64,000 nt of DNA from an uncultured Desulfobacteraceae bacterium. Its GTDB lineage: Bacteria > Desulfobacterota > DSM-4660 > Desulfatiglandales > B25-G16. Below the pieces are notes generated by a model. That model was not told where the DNA came from. It saw nothing but the letters and a program-made list of their open reading frames with translations, and did no database searches. Made by a program: the position numbers and the translations under genes. The stretch is taken from contig CAZSWT010000001.1 in assembly GCA_964611035.1 (NCBI GenBank), forward strand, positions 2,320-66,319, in the 5' to 3' direction. Below, one piece after another: positions 38,660-47,797 of this stretch; within the stretch, counting starts at the first letter, position 1, and each line of letters starts with the position of its first letter.

Positions 38660-39625
38660 ATGAGTAAAAAAAGTAGAATACAAATAACTACACTTTTGTT
38701 AAGTATTGCCATCCTTTTCTTTTCCCCTTTTTATTTAGAGGCCTCTGAAAGGCAATCCATGAAAGTGAAAGCAAATGACTCAATAAGCTTCCTTTGCTTT
38801 AAAATATACGGCAGATTCAATCCTGAAATGACAAAACAATTTGTCAAAATTAATCGCCATATTAAAGATTGGGATAATCTTACTGAAGGAGAAGAAATAA
38901 AATTTTTCTCAAAAAAAGAAATGAATAGCATTGTTCCAGAGCAAAAAAGAGAAACGGTGGTGATAACCTTTTTGAAGCATCCAGTAATAATTAAAAAAGA
39001 TACGAAAGGCCTTCATAAAAAAGCTTTATTAAATATGATTCTTGATTCTAAAGATCGTATAGAAGTAAAACGTGGTGGCAGCGTAGAATTAATGATGAGT
39101 CAGGGAAGAGTTATCAGATTAGATGAGGGCTCAACACTAAGAATTGGTACCTTAAAGAGGGATGAGCACAAAAAATCAGTTGTGGGGAAATTTAAACTTT
39201 TTCTTGGAAGGCTCTGGGGAAAGGTGTTACAAGCTAAATCGCGCAGGAAAAAAGAAATGTATGTATCCACCCCAACCTTGGTAGCTGGTGTCAGAGGGAC
39301 AGCATATGACCTAAAATTAAAGCGTGACCAGTCTACCATCATAAAGGTCTTTGAAGGAGAGGTTGAAATATATAATCCTTTGCAAAAAATGCCTGAATCC
39401 GGGATTATTACGGATTTTAAAAAACCACATAGAGTTCAAGGCCCCCATAAAATCACCGAAAAGGAATGGAATGAGATCCTTCTCAGGCAATACCAACAGG
39501 TAATTGTCACTAAAGAAGGCATCAGCACACCTATCAGTTTTGACCATGAAGCGGAAAGAAAAACTGAATGGATAAAGTGGAATGAAGAAAGGGATCTAAG
39601 ACTAAGTGGAAAGGAAATCATCTAA
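38660..39625 (+). CDS. Exported LysM-like + FecR-domain protein
   Basis: Signal peptide; NDSISFL…YG…INRHIKDWDNL..GEEI; IRLDEGSTL…GRLW…TPTLVAGVRGT. Confidence 0.8.
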   Translation: MSKKSRIQITTLLLSIAILFFSPFYLEASERQSMKVKANDSISFLCFKIYGRFNPEMTKQFVKINRHIKDWDNLTEGEEIKFFSKKEMNSIVPEQKRETVVITFLKHPVIIKKDTKGLHKKALLNMILDSKDRIEVKRGGSVELMMSQGRVIRLDEGSTLRIGTLKRDEHKKSVVGKFKLFLGRLWGKVLQAKSRRKKEMYVSTPTLVAGVRGTAYDLKLKRDQSTIIKVFEGEVEIYNPLQKMPESGIITDFKKPHRVQGPHKITEKEWNEILLRQYQQVIVTKEGISTPISFDHEAERKTEWIKWNEERDLRLSGKEII

Positions 39626-39633
39626 AACTACTG

Positions 39634-39879
39634 TTACTTCCCTGTCATATCTAAAGATTTAAGTCTTTCATCTTTTATTTCCTTTAAACGTGTCGCTATC
39701 TGGTGTTTTGAAAAGGTTTTGCTGCAATGTGTGCACTGGTAGATTTCTTCTGTAATTTCATCATGTATGAGATTATCTGAAAAATTTACCCTTCGAAACT
39801 GGGTAGAAAAAGTATAGATTTTAATAAAATTTTTATTTTTACATTTATCACATAAAAAATAATCCTTGATAGTATCCAT
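39634..39879 (-). CDS. Small zinc-ribbon protein (81 aa)
   Basis: CDKC…CTHC; start reset to ATG 39879. Confidence 0.75.
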   Translation of the reverse strand: MDTIKDYFLCDKCKNKNFIKIYTFSTQFRRVNFSDNLIHDEITEEIYQCTHCSKTFSKHQIATRLKEIKDERLKSLDMTGK

Positions 39880-40158
39880 TAGCGTCCCCCAAAAAAGCAT
39901 TGCTCTTGTGCGATCAGATAGATTCTCTTATCCAATTTAGTCTATCTTGTCAAAGAAAATATGTGTAACGATTCTACCTTAGTGATAATTGTAGAAAAAA
40001 TTATCTTTATGTGTTTTTATGTAATAAATGGTAGTATCCTTTGAAATTTAGGCATGGAAAATACAATTATCTTCTTGAATGATACTTTTTATTGTGGTAG
40101 AGAGAGCAATAAAATTATTGTCCTCATTAATAATAAAAGAAAAGATAAGGAGGGAAAA

Positions 40159-40425
40159 ATGGCGGCTTTATTTGGTGGTGTGGTATCGTTGGTTTTGGGG
40201 ATTATAGGAATTATTATATTTTGGGGATATTTTGTTAAGGCTTTAGCAGCTGGAATACCTGTCTTACTTATCTTGGGTGGTGCTTTAGCTGCATATCTCG
40301 GCATTGAAGAATGGAAAGATAAAAGAAATGCAGAAAAATTTGAGGAAGAGCCTGATGCAGGCGAGTTAAAGAAAGAGGTAGAGGACCTTAAGAAAGAGGT
40401 AAAGGATCTTAAGAAAGAAGAATAG
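40159..40425 (+). CDS. Small two-TM membrane protein (88 aa) with charged coiled-coil tail
   Basis: AGGAGG RBS before ATG 40159; two hydrophobic helices; repeat LKKEVEDLKKEVKDLKKEE. Confidence 0.8.
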   Translation: MAALFGGVVSLVLGIIGIIIFWGYFVKALAAGIPVLLILGGALAAYLGIEEWKDKRNAEKFEEEPDAGELKKEVEDLKKEVKDLKKEE

Positions 40426-40466
40426 GCTGACTCCTTTTTTACATTAATTGGAATCAATAAAAGGCA

Positions 40467-40886
40467 TTATTCTTTGAAAATCTCTAACTCATTAAAAAAG
40501 TAAGCTATCTCAAATGCAGCACTTTGGGGGCTATCCGATCCATGCACAACATTTTTTTCAATATCTGTTGCATAATCATACCTAATGGTGCCTTTCGCAG
40601 CCTCCTTATAGTTGGTAGCCCCCATTAATTTCCTATAGACATTAATACCATCTTCACCCTCTAGAACCATCACCACACATGGACCTGAAGACATAAAATC
40701 AGTAACACTTTCATAAAACGGTTTCCCCGCATGCACCTTATAAAAACCTTTCGCCTGCTCTTTTGTCATCCAGATCATTTTAATAGCTAAAATATTAATG
40801 CCTTCTTTTTCTAACCGTCGAATAACCTCACCTATAAGACCTCGAGCCACACCATCGGGTTTAATTATGGCTAATGTCTTTTCCAT
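40467..40886 (-). CDS. ndk: Nucleoside-diphosphate kinase
   Basis: TLAIIKPDG, NVVHGSDS; start reset to ATG 40886 (GGAGG RBS). Confidence 0.97.
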   Translation of the reverse strand: MEKTLAIIKPDGVARGLIGEVIRRLEKEGINILAIKMIWMTKEQAKGFYKVHAGKPFYESVTDFMSSGPCVVMVLEGEDGINVYRKLMGATNYKEAAKGTIRYDYATDIEKNVVHGSDSPQSAAFEIAYFFNELEIFKE

Positions 40887-40988
40887 TTTTACTATCCTCC
40901 TCACAATATTGAATGTCATTTGTCAAAAGGCATCTGTCACTAGATGTCTTCATAAGGCAACTTCTTAACAAATGTGTCAAGTTTTAAA

Positions 40989-41204
40989 AGGAGCATGGGT
41001 ATCTCTTTTCAGGTATGAAGAAGCGGATACGTGTAAGCCAGCTATTGGCACGGGTAAAGGCGGGCGGGAAGGCCTTAGAGAACTTACCCGTCACCTCTCC
41101 CTCGAGAGTCCAAGACTTAGATGGCCGCCCGCCTGGAGCATCGGTAATGGACGAGCAGAAGTTACTGCCCAGTTCATTACCTGAAAAGAGATACCCATGC
41201 TCCT
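40989..41204. mobile_element. 216-bp MITE-like element with perfect 27-bp terminal inverted repeats
   Basis: AGGAGCATGGGTATCTCTTTTCAGGTA (40989-41015) is the exact reverse complement of 41178-41204; internal GGCGGGCGG/CCGCCCGCC pair. Confidence 0.78.
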
Positions 41205-41480
41205 CACAACTTGTCGGTTTGAGGCGAAGCTTCGTTAGATGAAAAAAACAGTCAGAAAACTCAATATGTAACAGATAACCAATGACCAATGACTCGTAGT
41301 GTACCATGCCCTGACATCACATATCTCATAAACAAAAGATCAGTCAAGCAAAAATCTGTATGCTTTAAACACATTCCCAAAATTGTCTTGCAGCATATTT
41401 AGGTACTGTGCTATAAAACTTTTCCTACATTTGGCTTATTAAAGACATACATTCAATACATTAATAAGGAGGATTGAATA

Positions 41481-43184
41481 GTGGAAGAAGAAAGAGAAAT
41501 TATGGAAGTTGACGTACTCTTTGTAGGTGGTGGCATCGCCAGCCTAAGTGGTGCCCTTCATCTCTCGAATCTCATAAAGGCGCACAATGATAAGGTTGAT
41601 CAAGAAGGGAAAGGGGGAAGGCTTGACGAAATCATGATTGCACTGCTCGAAAAAGGTACCGATATTGGCTCTCATAGTATTTCTGGGGCAATTATGGATC
41701 CTGTTGCCCTCAAAGAGCTTATCCCTGATTTTCTGGAAAAAGATGCACCATTTGAAGGTGAGGTTACAAAAGAGGAAGTCTCGCTATTAACCACAAAAGG
41801 ACGCATTAAATCTCCTATAACACCTCCTCCACTAAATAATCATGGGAATTATATTGTCGCACTCTCAAAGATAACAAACTGGCTCGGTAATTTGGTTGAG
41901 GAAAATGGCGTAGACATATTTCCCGGATTCGCAGGAACAGAGATACTCTATGACGGCAACAGAGTTATTGGAGTGAGAACAGGTGATAAGGGAATAGATC
42001 CAGATGGCAATAAGAAAACAAACTTTGAACCAGGAATTGATTTACATGCCAAGGTTACTGTATTTGGTGAAGGCACAAGAGGGAGCCTCACCAAAACACT
42101 TATAAAAAAATTGAATTTGGAAGAAGGCAAAAATCCACAGACCTATGTAGTCGGAGTAAAAGAGGTGTGGGAAACCCCAGAGCAAAGATTTGAGCCAGGC
42201 CAAGTGTTCCATAGTATGGGCTACCCCCTTAAAACCAATACATATGGTGGGGGTTTCATCTATGGAATGAAAAACAATATGGTCTCAGTTGGCCTATTAA
42301 CTGGACTGGACTGTGAAGACCCATTTTTGGATCCCCATCTTGAATTTCAAAAGTTCAAACTCCACCCTTTTGTAGCTGAGATATTAAAGGACGGCACACT
42401 CATCCAATATGGAGCAAAAACAGCCCCAGTTGGAGGATATTTTTCTATTCCAAAACTCGCATTTGACGGAGGGGTTATTATTGGAGATTCAGCCAGCCTA
42501 TTCATCAGCCAAAAGATCAAAGGGATTCACATTGCTATGAAATCAGGTATGCTTGCTGCTGAAACGATCTTGGAGGCACTTCTAAAAAAAGATTTCTCTT
42601 CTGCCCAACTTGAGCGATACCAAACATCCCTCTATAAAAGTTACATAGGCAAGGAACTTCACAAGGTAAGAAATTTTCATCAGGCATTTCAGAAAGGTTT
42701 ATGGGTAGGCCTTATCAAAGCAGGATTCCAGTATGTGTTAGGGGGGAGGATCTTGAAAGGAAAACTTTCTGCAAAGGCCGATTTTGTCCACCAGAAAAAG
42801 GTAATTGATTTCTATGGAGCTGCCTCTCCTACAGATGAACAAAAGGGTATAATAAAATTCGACGGGAAGCAAACCTTTGATAAAGAATCTGATGTGTATT
42901 ATTCAGGAACTATCCATGAGGAACAACAACCTGCACACCTCAAGATACTTGACCTGAATATTTGTTATACTAAATGCAGAGAAGAATACCAAAATCCATG
43001 CCTTAGCTTTTGTCCTGCTAATGTCTATGAAATGGAAATTGATGAGGAGACTGGTAAGCAAAGCATGAAGCTAAATTTTTCTAACTGTGTCCATTGTAAG
43101 ACCTGCGACATAAAAGATCCCTATGAAAACATCACATGGGTAACACCTGAAGGTGGAGGAGGCCCAAAATACACTGTTATGTAG
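41481..43184 (+). CDS. Electron-transfer flavoprotein:quinone oxidoreductase (ETF-QO)
   Basis: GGGIAS FAD motif, SGAIMDP, GVRTGDKG, GVKEVW, KIKGIHIAMKSG, C-terminal CPANVYE…NCVHCKTCDIKDP. Confidence 0.92.
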   Translation: MEEEREIMEVDVLFVGGGIASLSGALHLSNLIKAHNDKVDQEGKGGRLDEIMIALLEKGTDIGSHSISGAIMDPVALKELIPDFLEKDAPFEGEVTKEEVSLLTTKGRIKSPITPPPLNNHGNYIVALSKITNWLGNLVEENGVDIFPGFAGTEILYDGNRVIGVRTGDKGIDPDGNKKTNFEPGIDLHAKVTVFGEGTRGSLTKTLIKKLNLEEGKNPQTYVVGVKEVWETPEQRFEPGQVFHSMGYPLKTNTYGGGFIYGMKNNMVSVGLLTGLDCEDPFLDPHLEFQKFKLHPFVAEILKDGTLIQYGAKTAPVGGYFSIPKLAFDGGVIIGDSASLFISQKIKGIHIAMKSGMLAAETILEALLKKDFSSAQLERYQTSLYKSYIGKELHKVRNFHQAFQKGLWVGLIKAGFQYVLGGRILKGKLSAKADFVHQKKVIDFYGAASPTDEQKGIIKFDGKQTFDKESDVYYSGTIHEEQQPAHLKILDLNICYTKCREEYQNPCLSFCPANVYEMEIDEETGKQSMKLNFSNCVHCKTCDIKDPYENITWVTPEGGGGPKYTVM

Positions 43185-43305
43185 AAACATACCCTGGCCT
43201 CCATAACAACCCTAATTTTACCTTGACACACTATAATCGTTTTATTTATAGTTAAAATGTAGCTAAAATGTAGCTATATTTGTAAACCAAATACGAGGTA
43301 TCATA

Positions 43306-45903
43306 ATGGATATAATTAGCGAAATAGAAACAATTGTAGGAAAAGAAAATGTATTTTCTGATCGCGTGGAATGTATTTGCAATTCACGCGATATGTCAGT
43401 GCATGTAGGAGTTCCTGATGTGGTGGTTTATGCCCAGACCACAGAGCAAATCTCTTCCATTATGCGCCTGGCAAATCAGGAAAAAACTCCGGTGACAATC
43501 CAGGGTTCCGGTACAAGTGTAACCGGTGCATCCCTCCCGGTAGAAGGTGGCATACTCCTGGATGTCCATAAGATGAACAAGATTTTAGAGGTCAATAAAG
43601 ACAATTTTTATGCACGGGTAGAACCAGGAGTCATCTGTATGGATTTGAACAGGACCCTGGCCAAACAAAATCTTATGTTCCCTCCCAACCCTGGTAGCGA
43701 GCTCATTGCCTCAATAGGCGGCATGATGTCTACCAACTCAAGCGGACACAGGGCTGTTAAATATGGCACAGCCAGGGATTATGTAAAGGCCCTTAAGGTA
43801 GTTCTTGCTGATGGAACTATCATTGAAACTGGTTTTAAAACTCCTAAATCATCTATGGGCTATGACCTAAACCATGTCTTTGCCAGCTCCGAGGGGACTC
43901 TCGGTGTCATTACAGAGATAACAGTAAAAATACGAACTCTCCCGGAATATACTGCCCTCGCCCTGGCAATGTTTCAGAATCTTGATGCTGGTGGAAAGGC
44001 AGTCAGGGATATCATCTCATCAGGCATACAACTTACCGCATGCGAAATACTGGACAAATACAGCCTCAAGATTGTTCAAGATCATATTGACAGGGATGTG
44101 AGCAAGATAGAGGCCATGCTTATCCTCGAGCTGGACGGCGCCAAGGAAATAGTAGGCAGGGATATGGAAAGGATTAGCGAGATATGTAAAAAATACAATG
44201 TGGAGGACTTCACCTGGAGTGATGACCCGGCCAAGACTGCCGAAATAATGGAGGCAAGAGGAAAACTGGTGCCAACGCTTTCAAGGATTAAACCAGGTTA
44301 CAGGCTTGTTGCAATATCAGAAGATCTTGGCGTTCTCTCATCAAAGATCCCTGAGACTATTAAGAGGGCACAGGCGATAGCAGATAAATACAACCTGCTG
44401 CTTACCACCTTTGGCCATATTGGAGATGGGAATGTGCATACTACCTTTGTAACTGATATGCGAAGCCAGGATGAATGGAACAGGCTCAAACCGGCTGCAG
44501 ATGAACTTGCTGAAATTGCCCTTGAAATGGGAGGCACCATTACCGCTGAACACGGAACCGGTCTTGCCAGGGCGCCATATATAGAAAAACAGCTGGGCCC
44601 GGCATTGGATGTTATGCGATCGATAAAAAAGGCCCTTGATCCTAACGGGATACTGAATCCAGGCAAGATGGGATTAGACAAAAAGAAACATGATAGCTAT
44701 GACTACTTTGCATTCAAATCCCTTTTGGAGCATCCAGAGGGGCTCAACTCCTTTGGTTATGATACAGACAATGAGATCCTTGCATGTATCAATTGCGGCT
44801 TCTGCCGTTTAGGATGCCCTACCTATGACGTTACCCAACTCGAGTCACGAAATGCCAGAGGGAGGAACATTCTTGCATTCAATTTAATGACAGGGGAAAT
44901 CGGGCCCTCCAAGGAACTGGCAAACTCATTTTATACCTGCACCACCTGTAATTCCTGTACCCAATTCTGCCCTGCCCATATCAAGGTAGATGAAATTATT
45001 CAAAAAGGTCGCGAAAAGCTCTTTGCCTCTGGTTTTGCTCCTGAACCGGTCATGGCACTGAGAGACAGTATCTCAAATACAAATAATGTTTATGCAGCCA
45101 AAAAGGAAGACAGGATTGCCATCTATCCCTTATCAATCAAGAAAAAGCTTGAAACTGGCGAGATAAAGAAAAAAGCAAATACCCTTCTGTTTATGGGTTG
45201 TGTCTCGAGCTATTTAGATATGAAAATAGTTCCAAGCTTTTTAAAAATCATGGATACCGCTGGTGTTGATTACACAATGCTTGGAAAAGATGAGATTTGC
45301 TGCGGATTTCCTTTGCATCTTATGGGAGATCAAGAAAAATTTGTGCAAAACGCCAGAAACGTTATTGACCTTATTAAGGCAACTGGGGCAAAAGAGCTGG
45401 TAACCCCGTGTGCCGGTTGTTATAAAACATTTAGAAAATACTATCCTGAAGCAGGGGATCTGGGAGTCAAACTCTTCCATTCTGTTCATTATATTCAAAG
45501 GTTAATAGAGGAGAAAAAGATACAATTGGGTGGTGACCTCGGCAAAAAGATCACCTACCATGATCCCTGTGACCTGGGAAGGGCTTTTCAGATATTTGAT
45601 GAGCCGAGGGAGATACTAAAGGCCATCCCTGATATTGATTTCATTGAGATGAAGAGAAACCGCTTGATGGCCAGGTGCTGCGGAGGTGGCGGAAGTGTTA
45701 TGGCCCTGGAGCCAGAGCTCTCAGCAGACATGGCAGCAGTCAGAGTAAAAGACGCTGTGGAGGTGGATGCAGAAATAATAGTTTCTGGTTGTTCAGCATG
45801 CAAGGATAACCTCAGGAAAGGGGTAAAGGCCATTCCCAAAGAAGAACGACCAAAGATCAAGGTGATGGATATTACTGAAATTGTGGCTAATTCAATTATT
45901 TAA
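43306..45903 (+). CDS. FAD-linked oxidase (GlcD/lactate dehydrogenase type) fused to 2x[4Fe-4S] + CCG domains (GlcF/GlpC type)
   Basis: GSGTSVTG, GHIGDGNVH, AEHGTG, LNPGK; CINCGFC…C, CTTCNSC…CP; CCG twice. Confidence 0.9.
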   Translation: MDIISEIETIVGKENVFSDRVECICNSRDMSVHVGVPDVVVYAQTTEQISSIMRLANQEKTPVTIQGSGTSVTGASLPVEGGILLDVHKMNKILEVNKDNFYARVEPGVICMDLNRTLAKQNLMFPPNPGSELIASIGGMMSTNSSGHRAVKYGTARDYVKALKVVLADGTIIETGFKTPKSSMGYDLNHVFASSEGTLGVITEITVKIRTLPEYTALALAMFQNLDAGGKAVRDIISSGIQLTACEILDKYSLKIVQDHIDRDVSKIEAMLILELDGAKEIVGRDMERISEICKKYNVEDFTWSDDPAKTAEIMEARGKLVPTLSRIKPGYRLVAISEDLGVLSSKIPETIKRAQAIADKYNLLLTTFGHIGDGNVHTTFVTDMRSQDEWNRLKPAADELAEIALEMGGTITAEHGTGLARAPYIEKQLGPALDVMRSIKKALDPNGILNPGKMGLDKKKHDSYDYFAFKSLLEHPEGLNSFGYDTDNEILACINCGFCRLGCPTYDVTQLESRNARGRNILAFNLMTGEIGPSKELANSFYTCTTCNSCTQFCPAHIKVDEIIQKGREKLFASGFAPEPVMALRDSISNTNNVYAAKKEDRIAIYPLSIKKKLETGEIKKKANTLLFMGCVSSYLDMKIVPSFLKIMDTAGVDYTMLGKDEICCGFPLHLMGDQEKFVQNARNVIDLIKATGAKELVTPCAGCYKTFRKYYPEAGDLGVKLFHSVHYIQRLIEEKKIQLGGDLGKKITYHDPCDLGRAFQIFDEPREILKAIPDIDFIEMKRNRLMARCCGGGGSVMALEPELSADMAAVRVKDAVEVDAEIIVSGCSACKDNLRKGVKAIPKEERPKIKVMDITEIVANSII

Positions 45904-46117
45904 TGTTTGTTGGGTTTGTTGGGTCTATTGTGTTTGTTGAGTTCTAAGGATCTTTACTTTGTGAAGAGTGCTTAAACTAAGCAAAAGAGCCTTTTTGGTT
46001 AAGCTGTTGAGCCGTTAAATTATCTTAAATATTACTTACTTATCTCTTGTTCGTATTCGCAGTCTACAATTTGTTTGAACATAACAAACCCAAAAAACAC
46101 AACAGACACAACTGACT
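45904..46117. repeat. 9-bp periodic inverted-repeat element with nested short repeats
   Basis: Left TTGGGTTTG TTGGGTCTA TTGTGTTTG TTGAGTTCT; right AACCCAAAA AACACAACA GACACAACT. Confidence 0.75.
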
Positions 46118-46137
46118 ACTAAAAAAGGAGGATAAAA

Positions 46138-47718
46138 ATGACAACAAGTAAATGGATGCATGCAGGGACCGTTGTCAAGATGAACGCCATCAATTATCCA
46201 GATAAATTAGGGTGGCAGGATAAAAATAATGAATGCACCTTTAAGGAATGGAACGAGAGGGCCTGTAGAGTTGCTAATGGTCTATCAGACTTAGGTATTG
46301 GCTATCAGGAGAGATTTGCCGTATTAGCATTTAACCGTGGTGAGTGGATGGACATATATGCTGGATGTGCCAAGGGGGGTCAAACCATAGTTCCATTAAT
46401 GTTTCGCCTGGCACCCCCAGATATCGAATATATTGTCAATCACGCAGAATGCAAGGCCTTTATTGTTGAGAAGCCCTTTGTGGAGATGATAGATGCCATG
46501 AAAGACAAACTTCCGGTTCCAAAGGATGCCTATATTTATTTAGGAGAAGGCCCTGTTCCAGATGGGTATATAGGGTATGAGGATTGGCTGGCCAAATCAT
46601 CCCCGGAAGAACCTGACATCATGGTAGACGGCGATGACACCTGGACTTTTATGTATACCTCGGGAACAACAGGAAGGCCCAAAGGTGTGGTCAAAACCCA
46701 TGAAAGTTATCATGCCCAATATGTCCTCAATAATCTGAACCAGGGTGTCAGGCCTACTGATAAGGTGATGCTGGTAATGCCAATGTGCCATGTGAATTCC
46801 ATATTTTATTCCTTTCCCTATACCATGCTGACTGCCCCAGTATTTGTGTATAATATGGTGAGCTTTGACCCTGAGGACCTTCTTAAAACCATTGAGAAAT
46901 ACAAGATTACCTTTACCTCCCTGGTACCCACACATTATATTATGATGCTTAGTCTTCCAGATGAGGTTAAAAACAATATAGATGTATCTTCCATGAGGCA
47001 GTTATTAATATCATCTGCTCCTGCCAGAAAAGATCTTAAGCTTGCAATCATGGATTACTTTAAAAATGCAGAGCTTTGGGAGGCCTATGGTACTACAGAG
47101 GGTGGTTTAGTAACCCTGTTAAGACCAGAATATCAGTTTGAAAAACTTGGCTCTATCGGCAAGGAAATCTATGGCACAGACAGGATTAAACTGCTTGATG
47201 AGAACAGAAATCCTGTACCCGATGGTGAGGTAGGTGAGGTTTTTTACAGAACTCCCATGATCTTTAAGGAGTATTGGAAAGAACCGGAGAAGACCAAAGA
47301 GGCATTTGAAGGGGAATGGTCAAGCGCTGGAGACATGGCTAAACGGGATAAAGATGGCTTCTATGTCTTGGTAGATAGAAAAGCAAATATGATAATAACT
47401 GGTGGGGAAAACGTATTTCCATCCGAGGTAGAGAGTACTGTCGGTGCCCACCCTGCTGTTAAGGATATCGCAGTAATAGGCGTTCCTGATGAAAAATGGG
47501 GCGAGGCAATAAAGGCCATTATCATCTTGAATGAGAATTATGAGCCGAGTGATGAGCTTGCAAAAGAGATAATGGATTTTACCAAGGGTAAAATTGCAGG
47601 GTTCAAAAGACCAAAATCCGTTGATTTCATCAAGGAAGAAGAAATGCCCAGAACAGGAACTGGAAAGATTTTACACAGAATCCTGAGAGAGAAATATGGC
47701 AAGTGGAGTGATGCCTAA
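46138..47718 (+). CDS. AMP-forming acyl-CoA synthetase
   Basis: YTSGTTGRPKG, YGTTE, AGD…DR, TGK. Confidence 0.93.
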   Translation: MTTSKWMHAGTVVKMNAINYPDKLGWQDKNNECTFKEWNERACRVANGLSDLGIGYQERFAVLAFNRGEWMDIYAGCAKGGQTIVPLMFRLAPPDIEYIVNHAECKAFIVEKPFVEMIDAMKDKLPVPKDAYIYLGEGPVPDGYIGYEDWLAKSSPEEPDIMVDGDDTWTFMYTSGTTGRPKGVVKTHESYHAQYVLNNLNQGVRPTDKVMLVMPMCHVNSIFYSFPYTMLTAPVFVYNMVSFDPEDLLKTIEKYKITFTSLVPTHYIMMLSLPDEVKNNIDVSSMRQLLISSAPARKDLKLAIMDYFKNAELWEAYGTTEGGLVTLLRPEYQFEKLGSIGKEIYGTDRIKLLDENRNPVPDGEVGEVFYRTPMIFKEYWKEPEKTKEAFEGEWSSAGDMAKRDKDGFYVLVDRKANMIITGGENVFPSEVESTVGAHPAVKDIAVIGVPDEKWGEAIKAIIILNENYEPSDELAKEIMDFTKGKIAGFKRPKSVDFIKEEEMPRTGTGKILHRILREKYGKWSDA

Positions 47719-47722
47719 AAAC

Positions 47723-47784
47723 GTAGGCAGTAGGCAGTAAACCCAATAAACACAACAGGCACAATAAACCTAACACTCACAATG
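47723..47784 (+). repeat. Heptamer (GTAGGCA x2) plus 9-mer tandem tract
   Basis: GTAGGCAGTAGGCAGT then AACCCAATA AACACAACA GGCACAATA AACCTAACA CTCACAATG. Confidence 0.7.
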
Positions 47785-47797
47785 GAGGGAAAAAGAC

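Noticed and set aside
40972-41307. ORFs overlapping the 216-bp element, and the idea that the element is 6S RNA
   Set aside because: The ORFs have no recognisable motifs. A perfect 27-bp terminal stem shared with repeats at 24.4 kb fits a MITE better than 6S, though a covariance search was not possible
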